A stretch of DNA of 64,000 bases from the NCBI GenBank assembly GCA_030390025.1, contig CM059432.1, forward strand, positions 38,442,001 to 38,506,000. The letters run 5' to 3'. Below the pieces are notes generated by a model. That model was not told the DNA's origin. It did no database searches and saw only the letters and a list, made by a program, of their open reading frames with translations. Numbering within the stretch: the stretch's first letter is position 1; the number at the start of each line of letters is the position of its first letter. Positions 36,508-49,814 of this stretch are shown here, piece by piece. The position numbers and the translations under genes were made by a program. Source of the stretch: Squalus acanthias. Lineage: Eukaryota.

Positions 36508-37250
36508 TTTTTTATTAATACATGGGATGTGGGCCTCACTGGCAAGACCAGCTTTTATTGCCCACCCATAATTGCCCGTAAGAAGGTGGTGGTGAGTCGC
36601 CTTCTTGAACCGCTGCAGTCCGTGTGGTAAAGGTACTCCCACAGTGCTGTTAGGGAGGGAGTTCCAGGATTTTCACCCAACGACGATGAAGGAATAAATT
36701 TCCCAGTCAGGATGGTGTGTTACTTGGAGGGGAACTTGCAAGTAATGGTGTTCCCATGCGCCTGCTGCCCTTGTCCTTCTAGGTGATAGGGTTCCCGGGT
36801 TTGGGAGGTGCTGCCGAAGAAGCCTTGGCGAGTTGCTGCAGTGCATCTTGTAGATGGTACACACGGCAGCCACGGTACGCCGGTGGTGAAGGGAGTGCAT
36901 GTTTAAGATGGTGGATGGGGTGCCAATCAAGCGGGCTGCTTTGTCCTGGATAGTGTCGCGCTTCTTGAGTGTTGTTGGAGCTGCACTCATCCAGGTAAGT
37001 GGAGAGTATGCCATCACACTCCTTCCTTGTGCCTTGTAGATGGTGGAAAGGCTTTGGGGAGTGAGGAGATGAGTCACTCACCACAGAATACCCAGCCTCT
37101 GACCCGCTCTTGTAGCCACAGTATTTATGTGGCTGTTCCAGTTAAATTTTTGGTCAATGGTGACCCCCAGGATGTTGATGGTGAGGTATTTGATTATGGT
37201 AATGCCGTTGAATGTCAAGGGGAGGTGGTTAGACTCTCACTTGTTGGAGA
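36508..37250 (-). mobile_element. CR1-like LINE family B 3' part
   Basis: ORF 36673-37077 HLLTPQSLSTIYKAQ...; family B 3'UTR. Confidence 0.9.
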
Positions 37251-37789
37251 TTTACTATGTTTTCAGACATAGAAAAAAATCCCTTTGCTGTATGTACATG
37301 GAGAACTAAGTGTAAAATCCTCTAAAATGGAGCCCTGTACATAGGATTATTAAAAAAAGGGAAAAAAGGATACTTACATGTCAGTGTAGTTACCTGCAGA
37401 CGTAAACACAGCTTTCATTGTACACAACTCTACACTGGTAGGCTCCTTTCATTAAAGGACTTCAAAAATAGGTTAATGCTTGGTGAAGGCTTGGAAAATA
37501 AAAAAATAAAGGGGAATTCAGCTGTGGTCAGTCTGTGGAAGATCAAGGAGAGTGGAAGTGCTGAAGGAAGCTTCTGTCTGACCTCACTTGAGGTCAGACA
37601 GTGGCTTTCTTCATATTGGTTGCCTGTAATAGATGTTTGCAGGTTCCACAGAGGAAACCAGTAAATATGAACAACAAAAGTAAAACTTCCAAAAAAAATC
37701 TAAGGGTAAATAACCATAAAACATATGAAAACGAGTGACAGGAAAAGATCATCTGTCCATCAAGCCTGCCCTGTAATGTCACGGTGTGA

Positions 37790-39545
37790 ATTCAAATTAT
37801 AAAGTATTCTATAGATGCATAAATAACAAAAAGAAAATTGAAGTAGGGATAGGGCCATTAAAGGATGATTAAGATAAACTCACAGCTAATGTTAGAGAAA
37901 TGGCAGAAGTATTGAATAACTATATTGCCTCAATTTTTACTAAAGAAGGTAACAAAATAGACACTTCACTAGAGGATAACCTTAAAAAGAATATCAATAC
38001 AATTGGGATAGAAAGAGATAAGATAATTGACAAACTAACAAAACTGAAAGAGGTTAAAACCCCAGGGCCGGATAGTATGCACCCACACATATTCAAGGAA
38101 ACTAGGGAGGAGACATCAGAGGCACTAGTTTAAATATATATATATGTATATATGCATTCCATAGAAGAGGAGGTAGTGCCAGAGGACCTGGTGGACAGCT
38201 AATGTTGTTCCTATATAAAAAAAAGGGAGATAGAACCAAACCTTGGAACTATAGACCAGTCAGCTTAATGTCAGTGGTAGGAAAGTATAATGCAAAATAG
38301 TCAGCATGGATTCCCAAAGGTTAAGTCACACTTAACTAACCTGATAGAATTCTCTGAAGAGGTAACGGAAAGAGTAGACAAAGGTAGTGCAGTAGATGTC
38401 ATATATTTGGATTTTCAAAAGGACTTTGATAAGATTCTACACGGTAGGCCCATGACAAAGGTTAGGACATGTGGAGTCAGGGGACAAATAGCTGAATGGA
38501 TAGTAAATTGGCTAAAAAAATATAAATGGTAGTTATTCAGATTGGAAGAAGGTAGAAAGCAATGTTCCACAAGGGTCAGTGCTGGGACCACTGTTATTCA
38601 TAATTTACAGTAATGATTTGGACTTAAGAGCAAGTAACTCAATAACAAAAATTGTAGATGATACCAAACTGGGGGGTACAGCTAACACTGAGGAAGAATG
38701 CAACATAATACAAGAAGACATTAAAAATCTTGCAGACTGGGCAGTTAAGTGGCAAATGAACTTTAACACAGATAAATGTGAGGTGATGCACTTTGGTAGG
38801 AAAAAATAGAAACATCACCTACACCTTAGAAAATAAGAAACTGAATGGTGTAGAAGAGCAATGGAATCTAGGGATACAGGAGAACAAATCATTAAAAGCA
38901 GCATTGCAGGTCAGCAAAGCAATTAAAAATACTAACAAAGCACTGGGAATTATTTCCAGAGGTATAGAATTCAAAAGTAGTGAAGTTATGTTAAATTTGT
39001 ATAGGACCCTGGCCAGACCACACTTAGAGTATTTTGCACAGTTCTGGTCTCCATACAATGAAAAGGACATAGAAGCACTGGAGAAAGTGCAAAAAAGATT
39101 TACAAGGTTGGTACCAAAACTGAGAGATTACAGCTATCAGGAAAGTTTGAACAGGTTGGGGCTTTTTTTGTTAGAAAGGAGAAGAGTTAGAGGTGAACTG
39201 ATCGAGGTCTTTAAAATTATGAATGGGTTGGACAGGGTAGATGTGGAGAGAATGTTTCCACTAATGGGAAAATCCAAAATTAGGGGGCATAAATACAAGA
39301 TAGTTACTAATAAATCCAATAGGGAAATAAGGAGAAATTTCTTTACTCAGAGAGTGTTTAGAATGTGGAACTAGCTATCACAGGAAGCGGTTGAGGCAAA
39401 TAGCTTAGATGTTTTCAAAAGGAAACTAAACGAGAGAAAATGGAATAGAAAGATATGCTGAAAACCTGAGATGAGGTAGATAGAATGGGAGGAGACTCGT
39501 GTGGAGTATAAACACCAGCCCAGACTGGTGCTGTATATTCTGTGT
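37790..39545 (+). mobile_element. Older AT-rich CR1 ORF2, nested in a reverse CR1 3'UTR (37717-37790, 39545-39720)
   Basis: KTPGPDS, YLDFQKDFDK, KIVDDTKLGG, RPHLEYFAQFWSP. Confidence 0.9.
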
Positions 39546-39726
39546 AATACACACCATCACCCCCATTCGCCCCCTTCTCCCCACCCACCAGACACAAAAA
39601 GTAGAGGAAAAAACCCTCAGTCAATTTGGGAAAAAACTCTGGGAAATTCTTCTCTGAACCCCTAAGGTAATCAACCAGGTTCCAGGAGACTATGGTGACT
39701 GAGAGGGACCTCCCAATACTCATCAA

Positions 39727-41258
39727 GGAATATAGGAACAGGAGTAGGCCATTCAGCCCTTCAAGCCTGTTCCACCATTCCATTAGATCATGGCTGATCT
39801 GTAGCTTAACTCCATTTACCCGCCTTGATTCCATCCCAGCAAAAATCTATCAATCTCAGTTATGAAGTTTTCAATTGACCTTGCCTCAATAGCTTTTTGG
39901 GGGAGAGAGTTCCAGATTTCCACTACCCTTTGAGTGAAGAAGTGCTTTCTGACATCACTCTTGAACGGCCTAGCTCTAATTTTAAGGTTATGCCTCCTTG
40001 TTCTGCACTACCCCATCAGAGGAAATAGTTACTCTCTATCTATGCTATCATGTCCTTTAATCAACTTAAACACCTCAATTAGACCACCACTTAATCTTCT
40101 ATACTCAAGGGAATACAAGGCTATTCTATGCAACCTGTCCTCATAATTAAACCTTCTAAGACCTGGTACCATTCTAGTGAATCTGTGCCGCACCCTCTCT
40201 AAGGCCAAAATATTCTTGCTGAGGTGCGCCACCCAGAACTGAATGCAGAACTCCAGATGTGGCCTAGCTAGAGCGCTATACCACTGTAGCATAACTTCCA
40301 CTACTTTGTATTACAGCCCCCTTGAGATGAAGGCTAACATTCCATTAGTCTTTCTAATTATTTTTTGAACCTAACTATTTGTTAATGATTTCTGTACATG
40401 GACCCCTAAACTTCTCTGCTCCTTCGCAGTTCCTAGCTTCTCACCATTTAGTTAATACTCTGATCTATCTTTCTTACCTTCAAAGTGGGTGACCTCGCAC
40501 TTTCCCACATTGAACTCCACAGTTCTATGCCACAGTTTTGCCCACTCACCTTTTTAATTTTTTTATTTATTTATTCATGGTATGTGGCGTCACTGGCAAG
40601 GCCAGCGTTTATTGCCCACCCCTAATTGCCCTTGAGAAGGTGGTGGTGAGCTGCCTTCTTGAACCGCTGCAGTCCGTGTGGTGAAGGTTCTCCCACAGTG
40701 CTGTTAGAGAGGGAGTTCTAGGATTTTAACTCAGCGATGATGAAGGAATGGTGATACATTTCCAAGTCCGAATGGTATGTGACTTGGAGGGGAACTTGCA
40801 GGTGGTGGTGTTCCCAGGCACTTGCTGCCCTTGTTCTTCTAGGTGGTAGAGGTCGCGGGCTTGGGAGGTGCTGCCGAAGAAGCCTTGGCGAGTTGCTGCA
40901 GTGCATCTTGTAGATTGTGCACACTGCAGCCACATTGTGCTGGTGATGGAGGGCGTTAAATTTTAAGGTGGTGGATGGGGCGCTAATCAGGTTGATGATG
41001 GTGGGGGATTCGACAACAGTAATGCCAAGGGGAGGTGGTTAGACTCTCTCGTTGGAGATGGTCATTGCCTGGCAATTGTATGGCGTGAATGTTACTTGCC
41101 ACTTATCAGCCCAAGCCTGGATGTTGTGCAGGTCTTGCTGCATGTGGGCACAGACTGCTTCATTCTGAATCTATCAATGTCCCTTTGCAACTTTCTGCCA
41201 CCATCTACACTATTTACTATGCCATCTAGCTTGGCGTCGTCAGCAAAATTGGATATAC
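39727..41258 (-). mobile_element. CR1 3' part interrupted by a family B LINE fragment (40555-41165)
   Basis: RPHLEFCIQFW ORF; CR1 FADDAKL resumes at 41165-41258; family B 3'UTR at 40580. Confidence 0.85.
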
Positions 41259-42419
41259 TTACATTCTACATGAGGTTATATTGGTCACGCTCAAGAATTC
41301 ATCCAGGTCTCTTTTGAATGCTATCAGGTTTAGTACTTATGTGTGGAGTTTACCTCTTCCTTCTAGATTTCTGTCTCAAAGTCAATGGAAAAGTTAACCT
41401 TTGTTTATATATTATCAGATCTACATGGCATTGCTCACACTAAATGGGAGGTTAGTGCAGTTTTATAAGAACAGGTATATTATGCGATTGGATAGCAATC
41501 AAGAGCAAAAACCCTGCCTGATGTTTCCTTTCAGTTTTGCATCACTAGATATGCTGAGTCCAATTGCAGTGATCCCGCATCCTCCCACCTCAATAGCACA
41601 ACCAACACCTGTATTAGACTATGCCGGTAATTGATAGCTTTCTCTTTCTCTTTCTGGCAAGAGAAAAAGCCGAAATAAGCCATTCCACAGGGCCTATATG
41701 GTGGACACTACTTGCCACTTTCAATCACATTTATGTTTTTAGCACGCGGTGACTCATGACTAAAAATCTCACATCAAGTTTTACATATTGTTGGCAGCTC
41801 TGATCAGGATTCATTTTAAAAGTTCCAACTGAAGAGGAATCATTTTTTACCTTTTTCTGTTCAACCTAATATTTTCACTGACAAACTGAGAGTACTGGTG
41901 AAATCAATCGAACTGGCTAGGTAGTATTAAGGCAGAGAGAAGAGCTGAATTAACACACACTGTCAAAGTGATACGATCACTGAAGCATCCTAGGTTAATG
42001 ACTGGATCTATTGAAGTTCATTCCGCTCCTGCACACTGTTTCTCAGTATTAATGGTTTAAAACAGAAATAAAACAACATTTAAAAAAGCACATTAAAGTT
42101 AATGATATTTTTAAGTATAATGCCAGGAAGAGACACGGGTGGTGAGATTCATTATTTAAAGGAATATTCATTCATTAGAAATGTGGTGATAGAACACTAT
42201 TGCTGCAATTCTACTACCACCAAGGAGACAATTGAAAATATATACTTTGTTTTTTCAAATTCAGGTTTATTGGCACACGTGTTACATTGCAAGGGCCATC
42301 AATTTCAATGTGATCAGACAACACTCACAAGCAGTTAGTACCCCTTTTCATATCGAGCCCACAAGGACAGTGATGGACATGAAAGCAAGCTTATCCCATA
42401 CATTACTCCAAGGCTCTTA

Positions 42420-43080
42420 GATCCTTCCTGTAGTGGAGTGCACAAAAGTGCATGCAATCTTCCAACTCTGCCCATATCAATGTCTTGGATAAATCAATAT
42501 CACCTCCTTGTTTTTGTTTACAATATTCCTATATATAACAAAATCAAATTCCATTTACTCCTACATTGCTCTGTTCCTCCACTCCATTGAGAATCTTATC
42601 ATTTTGGTATGCTTCCTGGGACTTTTTTTTCCTAAAATGTACTTCTTCATATTTGAATATATTGAACTGCATCTGCCATCTATCTGCCCATTCAGCTAAC
42701 TTATCTATGCCCCCAACAATCTTCTGAATTATTCCTCACAGTTCACCATGCTCCCCAATTTGTTATCAACAACAAACCTCATGATTATTCCTCTTGTGCC
42801 TACGTCCAAATCATTATAAAAATGGAAAACAAAAGTGGGCCTAACATAAATCACTGGGATACATCAGTAAACACATCCTGCCAATCCAAAAAATATTGGT
42901 CTAATCTCTTTTCTTTCTCTCCCCTTATCATCTCTCTGTCCATACAGCTATATTCCCTTTAGTACCATATGTCTCAATTATTGCAATAAGTCTCTTATGT
43001 GGCAACTTATCGAAAGTTTTCTCAAAATTCTTACATAATTGAAACAGTATTTCCTTTTTCTAAGTTTTCACTAATTTCAC
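42420..43080 (-). mobile_element. Highly decayed CR1 RT
   Basis: Remnant FEKTFDKLPHKRL and VVDNKLG motifs on minus strand. Confidence 0.55.
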
Positions 43081-43249
43081 CCCATATTATAGGCTCTAGG
43101 ACCTAGATTTTCCACTGGCATTATGCCAGTTCCCTGCCGTAACTCCAGCAAAATGTGGTAGAAACATTATTAGGAGTTGCTCTGCTGAAACCCTGCTCGC
43201 TCCTGCCACTTCCCGCTTTTTCCACCGGAAGTAACATCAGACGTATAAT

Positions 43250-43994
43250 GGCCCAGAAATTGATCTCGCTCTGTTCCCGCGGGGGTAAGGAGCAGGCGCG
43301 ATCTCTCACTCCGCGTTGGCTTTTTCAGATCCAGCTCGCACGAACTTGATGTTCCAGACATCAGCTGGGCAGTGCTTGCGTATCCCACCGGCGTAGTGAA
43401 TTCGTGCGAGCTGTGGGATCACGTGACTCAGTTAGAGCCAATAGCAGCACACCATCTTCCATTCATAAGTTTCACATACGTGCTGTGAAAGCTATGAATC
43501 TTACACCCCCCCAAAATAACAGCTAAACCTCAATTAAATTTTTTTTTAAAAACCATCACATTAATAAAATAAGTATAGTTAAATAAATTAACCATTTTAA
43601 ATAAAAAATTAAATTTTTGAAAAAATTTAAAATCTTTTAAAAAGTTATAAAAATAAACTTACCTGTCTTTAAAGTCTCTAAAAAAGATATACCTGTTAAA
43701 AAAAATTCAAAAATATACTTAATTCACTACTTACCTTGTTAAAAGTGGGTCTTACTCCTCCTTTTTCCATTTCTAAAATCTTCCGTCCTTACCTGCGCGT
43801 CCAAAGCACTAAGTGCACAGCGTGCGCGCAGCCTGTAGCGCGCACGCGGTGCACCGAGGAACCGCCCCCTTTTCCAAAGACCAAGTGCCGGTTTTCAGCG
43901 CATGCGCAGTGCATGCAGAAAACTGGCAATTGGAGAGAGAATACGCGAGATTACGCAGTGCGTACTCTCGCGCAGCGGGATCAATTTTTGGCCC
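43250..43994 (-). mobile_element. Family I MITE
   Basis: TIRs GGCCCAGAAATTGATC / GGGCCAAAAATTGATC, perfect AAT TSD. Confidence 0.85.
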
Positions 43995-44399
43995 AATATG
44001 AAATATCAGTGGGCGCAATGGAAATACTTCAAAACAACAAGAGTACATTGTATGGAATATTTTCCATCACTTGCACCTTAGCAAAGCTGGGTGCTAGGGA
44101 GCCTGCGCATTACTAGACTCCAGCACGGCTATGGGCGATGGAGTGGGATTTAAAAATCAAAGGACCAGAAAGTCTATGCAACTGATTGATGGGCAATTGA
44201 TTGCATAGGCTACGGTGCTTGTTGCACAGAGTTTGTTTTAAAAATGTTAAGTTCTTTGGCCAGTAAAGAAGTCCTGGCCACAATCCAGTACGGCAGGACT
44301 TGAGACCCTGTCAGACAATCTCCAGCAGACTCCAGGTGGAGGCTGGGGACCCCACTTAAAAATGCAAATGGCCCTGACCCTGGAAAATATGTAAGGTTA

Positions 44400-44845
44400 T
44401 ACAGTGAAGTAGTTAAGTTTCTGGACTAGTAATCCAGAGGCCTGGACTAATACTCCAGAGAACATGAGTTCAAATGCCATTATGGCAGCTTGAGAATTTG
44501 AATTCAGTTTAAAAATACATTTTAGAAATAAAATGCTGGCATCAGGAAAAAGTGACCATGAAGCTGCCGGATTATTGTAAAAGCCCCATTGGTTGACTAA
44601 TGCCCTTTATGGAAGGAATCTTCCATTCTTACTGGACCTTGCCTATATGTGACTCCTGTCCCACACCAATGTGGTTGACTGACCTCTGAAGTGGCCAAGA
44701 TGTCACTCAGTTGCATCAAACCGTTACAAAGATTTTGCAGTGGTTCAAGCAGAAGGCCACTTTCTCAAGGTGGTGATGAGCCATCTAGGGATGGGCAATA
44801 AATACCGGCCTTGCCAGCGACGCCCACATCCCGGGAATTAATATA
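44400..44845 (+). mobile_element. tRNA-headed SINE sharing both ends with LINE family B
   Basis: 5' ~310 bp matches the reverse complement of 47255-47573; 3' ~110 bp matches the family B 3'UTR (7600-7710). Confidence 0.85.
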
Positions 44846-45068
44846 CAGGTATATATTTTTTTAATTGCCCAGGGTCAGGAGAACATCCTTGCAGTAGGCA
44901 AAACTCCCACCGACACAAGATACCACAAAAGTGGAAACACCTGATTTACAAATTTACCTACAACTAATTGGCCTATAATTTCCTGACTTAACTATTTTCC
45001 GTTTCTTGAACAGGGGTGTAATATTTGCTAGCTCCAATTCTTTGGCACAATTCCCATCTTCAAATATA

Positions 45069-45232
45069 TAGGCTGCAAAATTCGGCAGCTTAGCGCCAAA
45101 CTTATGGCCATTTAAATTTCAATTGGCGCCCGCCTCACTTCCGCCCACTTCCGGCGTGGACTGCGCTGTTCACCATCTTGATGAGGGGGATACTCTGTGC
45201 GTGCGCTGATAATATGCAGCATAGGCAGATCA
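45069..45232. mobile_element. Harbinger-type terminal fragment
   Basis: GGCTGCAAAATTCGG terminus and CpG-rich subterminal region. Confidence 0.5.
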
Positions 45233-47573
45233 TCAGCGAACATCCCCACTTCTGACGGAGGGAAGGTCATTGATGAAGCAGTTGAAGATGGTTGGGCCTA
45301 GGACACTGCCCTGAGGAACTCCTGCAGCGATGTCCTCAGGCTGTGATGATTGACCTCCAACAATCACATTCATCTTCATTTGTGCTAGGTATGACTCCAG
45401 CCAGTGGAGAGTTTTCCCCCTGATTCCCATTGACTTCAATTTACCAGGGCTCCTTAATGCCACACTCGGTCAAATGCTGCCTTGATGTCAAGGGCAGTCA
45501 CTCTCACCTCACCTCTGGAATTCAGCTCTTTTGTCCATCTTTGGACCAAGGCTGTAATGAGGTCTGAGGCCGAGTAGTCGTGGCGGAACCCAAACTGGGC
45601 ATCAGTGAGCAGGTTGTTGGTGAGTAAGTGCCATTTGATAGCACTGCTGACGACACCTTCCGTCACTTTGCTGATGATTGATAGTAAACTGATGGGACAG
45701 TAATTGGCCAGATTAGATTTGTCCTGCTTTTTGTGGACAGGACATCCCTGGGCAGTTTTCCACATTGTTGGGTAGATGCCAGGGTTGTAGCTGTACTGGA
45801 ACAGTTTGGATAGAGGCACGGCTAGTTCAGGAGCACATGTCTTCAGCACGATAGCCGGGATGTTGTCAGGGCCCATAGCCTTTGCTGTATCCAGTGCGCT
45901 CAGCCGTTTCTTGATATCACATGGAGTGAATCGAATTGGCTGAAGACTGGCTTCTGCGATAGTGGAGACGTCAGGAGGAGGCCGATATGGATCATTCACT
46001 CGGCACTTCCGGCTGAAGATGGTTGCAAACGCTTCAGCCTTGTCTTTTGCACTCACGTGCTGGGCTTCACCATCATTGAGGATGGGGATAGTCATGGAGC
46101 CTCCTCCTCCCGTTAGTTGTTTAATTGTCCACCACCATTCACGACTGGATGTGGCAGGACTGCAGAGCTTTGATCTGATTGTTGGATTACTTAGCTCTGT
46201 CTTTAGCATTCTGCTTTCTCTGTTTAGCATGTAGTCCTGTGTTGCAGCTTCCCCAGGTTGGCACCTCATTTTTAGGTATGCCTGGTGCTGCTCCTGGCAT
46301 GCTCTTCTGCACTCCTCATTGAACCAGGGTTGGTCCCCTGGCTTGATGGTAATGGTAGAGTGAGGGATATGCCGGGCCACGAGGATGCAGATTGTGGTGA
46401 AGTACAATTCTGCTGCTGCTGATGGCCCACAGCGCCTCATGGATGCCCAGTCTTGAGCTGCTAGATCTGTTCTGAGTCTATCCCATTTAGCACGGTGGTA
46501 GTGCCACACAACATGATGGAGGGTGTCCTCAGTGTGAAGACGGGTCTTCGTCTCCACAGGGACTGTTCAGTGGTCACTGCTATCAATGCTGTCATGGAGA
46601 GATGCATCTGCGACACGTAGATTGGTGAGGATGAGGTCAAGTAGGTTTTTCCCTCATGTTGGTCCTCTCACCAGCTGCCGCAGGCCCAGACTGGCAGCTA
46701 TGTCCTTCAGGACTCGGCCAGCTCGGTCAGTAGTGGTGCTTCTGAGCCACTCTTGGTGATGGACATTGAAGTCCCCCACCCAGAGTACATTCTGTGCCCT
46801 TGTTACCCTCAGTGCTTCTTCCAAGTGGTATTCGACATGGGGGAGTACTGATTCATCAGATGAGGGAGGGCAGTAGATGGTAATCAGCAGAAATTTCCTT
46901 GCCCATGCTTGACCTGAAGCCATGAGACTTCATGGGGTTCGGAGTCAATGTTGAGGACTCCCAGGGCCACTCCGTCCCGACTGTATGCTGGTGGAACAGA
47001 ATATAGCCAGGGTGGGTGATGGAGGAGTCTTGGACATTGGCTGAAAGGTATGATTCTGTGAGTATGACTATGTCAGGCTGTTGCTTGACTAGTCTGTGGG
47101 ACAGCTCTCCCAATTTTGGCACAAGTCCCCAGATGTTGGTGAGGAGGACTTTGTCGGGTTGACTGGGCTGGGTGTGCGTTGTCGTGTCCGTAGCCCTGTG
47201 CCGAGGTTGATGCCAGGTGGTCTGTCCGGTTTTATTCTCATTATTATGTTTCATAATTGTTTGTTACAACTGAGTGGCTTGCTAGGCCATTTCAGAGGGC
47301 AGTTAAGAGTCAACCACATTGCTGTGGGTCTGGAGTCACATATAGACCAGGTAAGGACGGCAGATTTCCTTCCCTAAAGGACATTAGTGAACCAGATGGG
47401 TTTTTACGTCAATCCGATAGTTTCATGGTCACCATTACTGATACGAGCTTTTTATTCCAGATTTATTTAATTAACTGAATTTAAATTCCCCAGCTGCCAT
47501 GGTGGGATTTGAACTCACGTCTCTGGATCATTAGTCCAGGCCTCTGGATTACTAGTTCAGTGACATAATCACT
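45233..47573 (-). mobile_element. CR1-like LINE family B, 5'-complete, truncated within RT
   Basis: tRNA-like head, APE domain (46654-47160), 367-aa ORF to ALDIKAAFDRVWH, ends at FADD. Confidence 0.9.
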
Positions 47574-48720
47574 CTTAGCCTTCCTAATCTCTCTTTTTGC
47601 TTCCTTTCTATACTTGTGATATTTCTCAGTTTCGTTCTGTACTGTCCTCCCTATTTTTATCATATGCCCCTATATCAACCTCATTTTAACTTTAATCTCT
47701 CTATCCATGTAACCTCAGCCTCAGACACACCCCTTTTACGCTAGTCAGAATGTATTTATCCTGCACTTTATCCATCTCATAGTTAAATGTCTGCTGTTTG
47801 ATCTGCCATTCTTCCAACTAATTAACTGGTTTAAATTCCTTTTCATCCCACTGAAATCAGTTAGTTTCCAGTCCATCACCTTTATCTTTAGCTCCACTTT
47901 TTCTTCATCTATTTGCAATGTGAATCTAAGTAGGCTATAGTCACGATTTCCCAAGTGTTTTCCTACCTTCAGACCACCTACTTGTCCTGCTTCATTACCC
48001 AGAACTAAATCCAACAAGAGATTACCCAAGTGGAAAAAAGTAAGCAGGCACATTGTAGTTGTCGGGATTCTGTAATTAAAGGAACAGACCGCCTCTTTTG
48101 CATCTGCTGCTCCGGAGTTATAAATAGTGGTGCGGCCTCCCAGATGGCAGGGCGAGGGACATAATAGAGTGGGTGGAAAAGCTTCTGACAGGGGAGGTGG
48201 TGCTGCCAGAAATAATCGTCCACATAGCAACCAATCCTGCATCCTTCTTTGTTGGGCTTGTAACATATTGATTAAGCAACTGGTCCTGAAGGAATTTAAA
48301 AAACCCCTCTCCTTTTTGATTACAAGCACTTGTCTTAGCCCAGTCTACCTCAGGATATTTAAAGTCACCCATTGTTGTAGCTCTGATACCACTACAAGCT
48401 TCTCTAAATTACTTAAAAAAGCTTATCCTTAATTTCTTTCCCACTATTCGGTATCTATAATGTATTCCGAATATAGTAACAGACTCCTTATTATTTCTAA
48501 ACCCAACCCAGAGAGATTGCTTCTGAGCGCCACCATTAACAAATTCCCTTCTAAGGCTGTAATTATGTCCACCCTCTTCCCATTTTTCTTCTCCACCTTT
48601 CCAGAAAATTTTATAGCCAGAAATGTTTGGTTCCCAATTGTTACTGTCAAGGCCAATATATCATATCAACCATTATAATTAGTGTCTCTGATTTACTGAC
48701 TTTTTCTAATGCGTTGCATA
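47574..48720 (-). mobile_element. Old CR1 ORF2 endonuclease region
   Basis: MGDFKYPEVDW...FLQDQLLNQYVTSPT and LLDLVLGNEAGQV...HLGNRDY. Confidence 0.75.
48025..48236 (+). pseudogene. CR1 ORF1 SGNH-esterase fragment, inverted inside ORF2
   Basis: HIVVVGDSVIKGTDRLFC then (frameshift) LPDGRARDIIEWVEKLLTGEVVLPEIIVHIATN. Confidence 0.7.
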
Positions 48721-48737
48721 ATTGCATAAAAACACTT

Positions 48738-49290
48738 GGGCTTATGAAATCCAATGGCATTGCGCCTGTTTTTCAGATGTTAGATGGATGCCCATTACGA
48801 GCTGAAGGTGTGCCACCTGCCATATTGGATTAGGCAAAAATAGAGGTGTCCAGGGCCTATGCAAATAAGGGGCCTAACACCTGTTTAAGACCCCCTGTGT
48901 AAAATTGGATTGCCCCAAATGCAGCTGGCGCTGGGCCAGCTACGGTCAGAAAAAAGGCAGGTCATCACATGGCCTAACCAGCAGTCCTTAAAGGGACCGT
49001 TGTAGGCTGCCACCAAAAAGGTAAGTTTGCTAAAATATACTTACCTGAATATAGACCCAGGAGTGCTCCTCCCTGCTCCACATTAGAACCACGCTCCACT
49101 GCTGCCACTGCTCACCCCCATCCCAGTCCCGATGTCTCAATTGTCCCTCATCCTGACATCCTGATTGCACCCCCTCCCTGTCCCAATTGACCCCCATAAA
49201 ACCAGCAAGCTGTCTGGGGATGCCCAGCATATGTCTGCAGTTCACTGATCTGATTGGGTCCGAAACCCAATATGGGTGGGCCTCAGGCTA
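48738..49290. mobile_element. Decayed MITE-like DNA element
   Basis: GC-richer arms, TTAAAGGGA motif and opposed AGGTAAGT/ACTTACCT motifs similar to other Harbinger derivatives; ends unclear. Confidence 0.35.
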
Positions 49291-49814
49291 TAGGAGTATA
49301 GATGTTTAAACAAAACCTTACTTAGAAACATATAAATAGAGTTGCAGATACAGACAAACAAATACACACACACCCAGAAGTTTTAAAAGCAATTCATCTC
49401 ATCTGTGCACCAATTATAGGATCAGCTAGTTACAGTGTCTGACTGACAAAGTTACTTGGGCTCAGTTTGTTTCTGAAAATTCGACTTGTGTTTGTGAGAC
49501 TTTAATCTGGTCATTCCACTAGTCACAAATGCTTAACTGAAGCCTTCAATCTTTCTTTACAGTACAACAGACGGTTTAATTTTTTAACAGTCAGTCATGA
49601 TTTGTTCGACATTAAACACTCTAAGCAGCACAGACAAATATTTATTAGAAGTTACATGGTTGCATGGTTTCTATATATCCAATTGAAGCTACAGTAGATA
49701 ATGAGGTTCTCCTTTACAAGGCATTTTTTAATGCATATGAATTCCTGTTTCCACTATACACCCATGATAATATTTGAATTGCACGCCTTGTCAATTCTCA
49801 ATATCTGAGGTTCC

